Assembly (NCBI GenBank): GCA_963700145.1
Contig: OY969474.1
Location: 3,872,001-3,936,000, forward strand
DNA: 64,000 bases
Origin: an uncultured Acidobacteriota bacterium
GTDB taxonomy: Bacteria > Acidobacteriota > Thermoanaerobaculia > Multivoradales > UBA5704
Direction of reading: 5' to 3'
The translations under genes and the position numbers were made by a program. The notes beneath the pieces were generated by a model, which made no database searches, was not told the DNA's origin, and saw only the letters and a program-made list of their open reading frames with translations. This document shows positions 62,923 to 64,000 of this stretch, one piece after another. Within the stretch, counting starts at the first letter, position 1; the number at the start of each line of letters is the position of its first letter.

Positions 62923-64000
62923 TCACTGCCTTACCTGAACCTCCATCTCCCCCCGCTCCCCGGTCGCCCGTAGCGCCGGGTCGTACATCGCTTCGGCCTG
63001 CACCGGCGGCAGGCGGAACTTGCCGGGGGAGACCGCCCGTGCCACGGCGTAGAACTCCTGCCACGAGTCGGCGGGCAGGTCGGTGAAGATCAGGATCCGG
63101 TCGTCGCGCAGATCGAAGTGCCGCGGCTGGGCGGCCCTCGTCACCCAGGGCAGGGTCTCCGTCGTCTCGAGCCGCGGGTTCTCGACCTCCAGGCCCGACG
63201 GCAGGAGCTGCACCAGCGCCACGTTCCAGACCGGGCCCGAGACGCTGCGCACCCGCGTCTTCAGCACCACGAGGTCGCCCTGCCGCACGCTCCCGAGGTT
63301 GACCGGCGCGCCGTCGCGCGACAGCACCTCGCGCTGCACCTCGAGGCCGGCCGCGGCCGGCTGGAAGGCGCGGTCGGTCGGCACGCCGCGGGTGCGCAGG
63401 CTGTAGAAGGCGGCGCCCGGCTTGTAGCCGGCGTTCATCCGCACCCGCAGTGGCGCCGTGCCGCGGATGTCGCGGAAGACGACCGTCTGCTGGGTGAAGC
63501 TCCCGACTTTCTTGTCGCCGGCGAAGACGGTGCCCGAGTACGGCCCGAGCGCCGCCTGCCGCTTGAAGAGCTGCCCCAGCGCCAGCAGCGTGAAGCCGCT
63601 CTCCTGCGTGTTCCACGGCGTCGTCGCGGCCTGCGCGTCGCGGGCGAGCGTGTCCACCAGCGCCGGGATGCGCGGGCTGCGCGGCGCGGCGTCGAGGAGG
63701 GCGAGGAGGAGCAGGGCGCGGTTCCTCACCGTCGAGTTCCAGTTGCCGCCGGTCTGCCGCGCCACGCGCTCGACCTCGGCGAGCCCGGCGATCAGCTCGT
63801 TGAGCGCCTGCGGGTTGCCGGTCGCGGCGTAGGCCGCGGCCAGCAGCGCCCGCGACTCCGGCCGCAGCGCCGCCTTGTGCTTCTCGCGCAGGAAGTCCAT
63901 GGTGCCGGCGTCGGGCCGCCCGCCGCGCGCCAGGACGAAGAGCGCGTAGGCCGTGCGCTGCAGCTCCTCGGCGCCGTACTGGGCCTTCGCCCGCACCTGC
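62923..64000 (-). CDS. Bacterial alpha-2-macroglobulin, C-terminal part (5' truncated)
   Basis: AYALFVLA, WNTQE, LLPSGLEVEN, DLRDDR, RAVSPGKF.LPP..AEAMYDP. Confidence 0.92.
   Translation of the reverse strand, partial: QVRAKAQYGAEELQRTAYALFVLARGGRPDAGTMDFLREKHKAALRPESRALLAAAYAATGNPQALNELIAGLAEVERVARQTGGNWNSTVRNRALLLLALLDAAPRSPRIPALVDTLARDAQAATTPWNTQESGFTLLALGQLFKRQAALGPYSGTVFAGDKKVGSFTQQTVVFRDIRGTAPLRVRMNAGYKPGAAFYSLRTRGVPTDRAFQPAAAGLEVQREVLSRDGAPVNLGSVRQGDLVVLKTRVRSVSGPVWNVALVQLLPSGLEVENPRLETTETLPWVTRAAQPRHFDLRDDRILIFTDLPADSWQEFYAVARAVSPGKFRLPPVQAEAMYDPALRATGERGEMEVQVRQ

Noticed and set aside
60590-64000. pbpC plus alpha-2-macroglobulin as a novel system
   Set aside because: This is a well-known conserved gene pair

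Overview
High-GC bacterial window. The 16S sequence and gene content fit Acidobacteriota, possibly Thermoanaerobaculia (inference, needs a 16S search). Core part: pta-purD-ricT-hfq-like-pdxA, pntA2/pntB, purM-purN, a complete rrn operon (tandem promoters, 16S, tRNA-Ile, tRNA-Ala, 23S, 5S), argF, and pbpC with the 3' end of an alpha-2-macroglobulin gene. There are also many secreted or surface proteins (two M14 peptidases, SodC, cyclophilin, Kelch, BNR, DUF4331, DUF4198, repeat proteins). An accessory region at about 14.3-24.8 kb holds the best candidate for an undescribed system: a secreted precursor ending in C-GIDPNG-APKP-C, two related zinc-finger/TPR genes, a probably leaderless XRE-like repressor, and ten perfectly phased 21-bp repeats with a palindromic core. 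Next come phage-like remnants (amidase, Lar-like), a toxin-antitoxin cluster bracketed by two damaged symE-like copies, and a low-GC tectonin-like lectin. Many accessory genes carry small indels, which could be decay or long-read consensus errors. All family calls are from motif recognition, not database searches.
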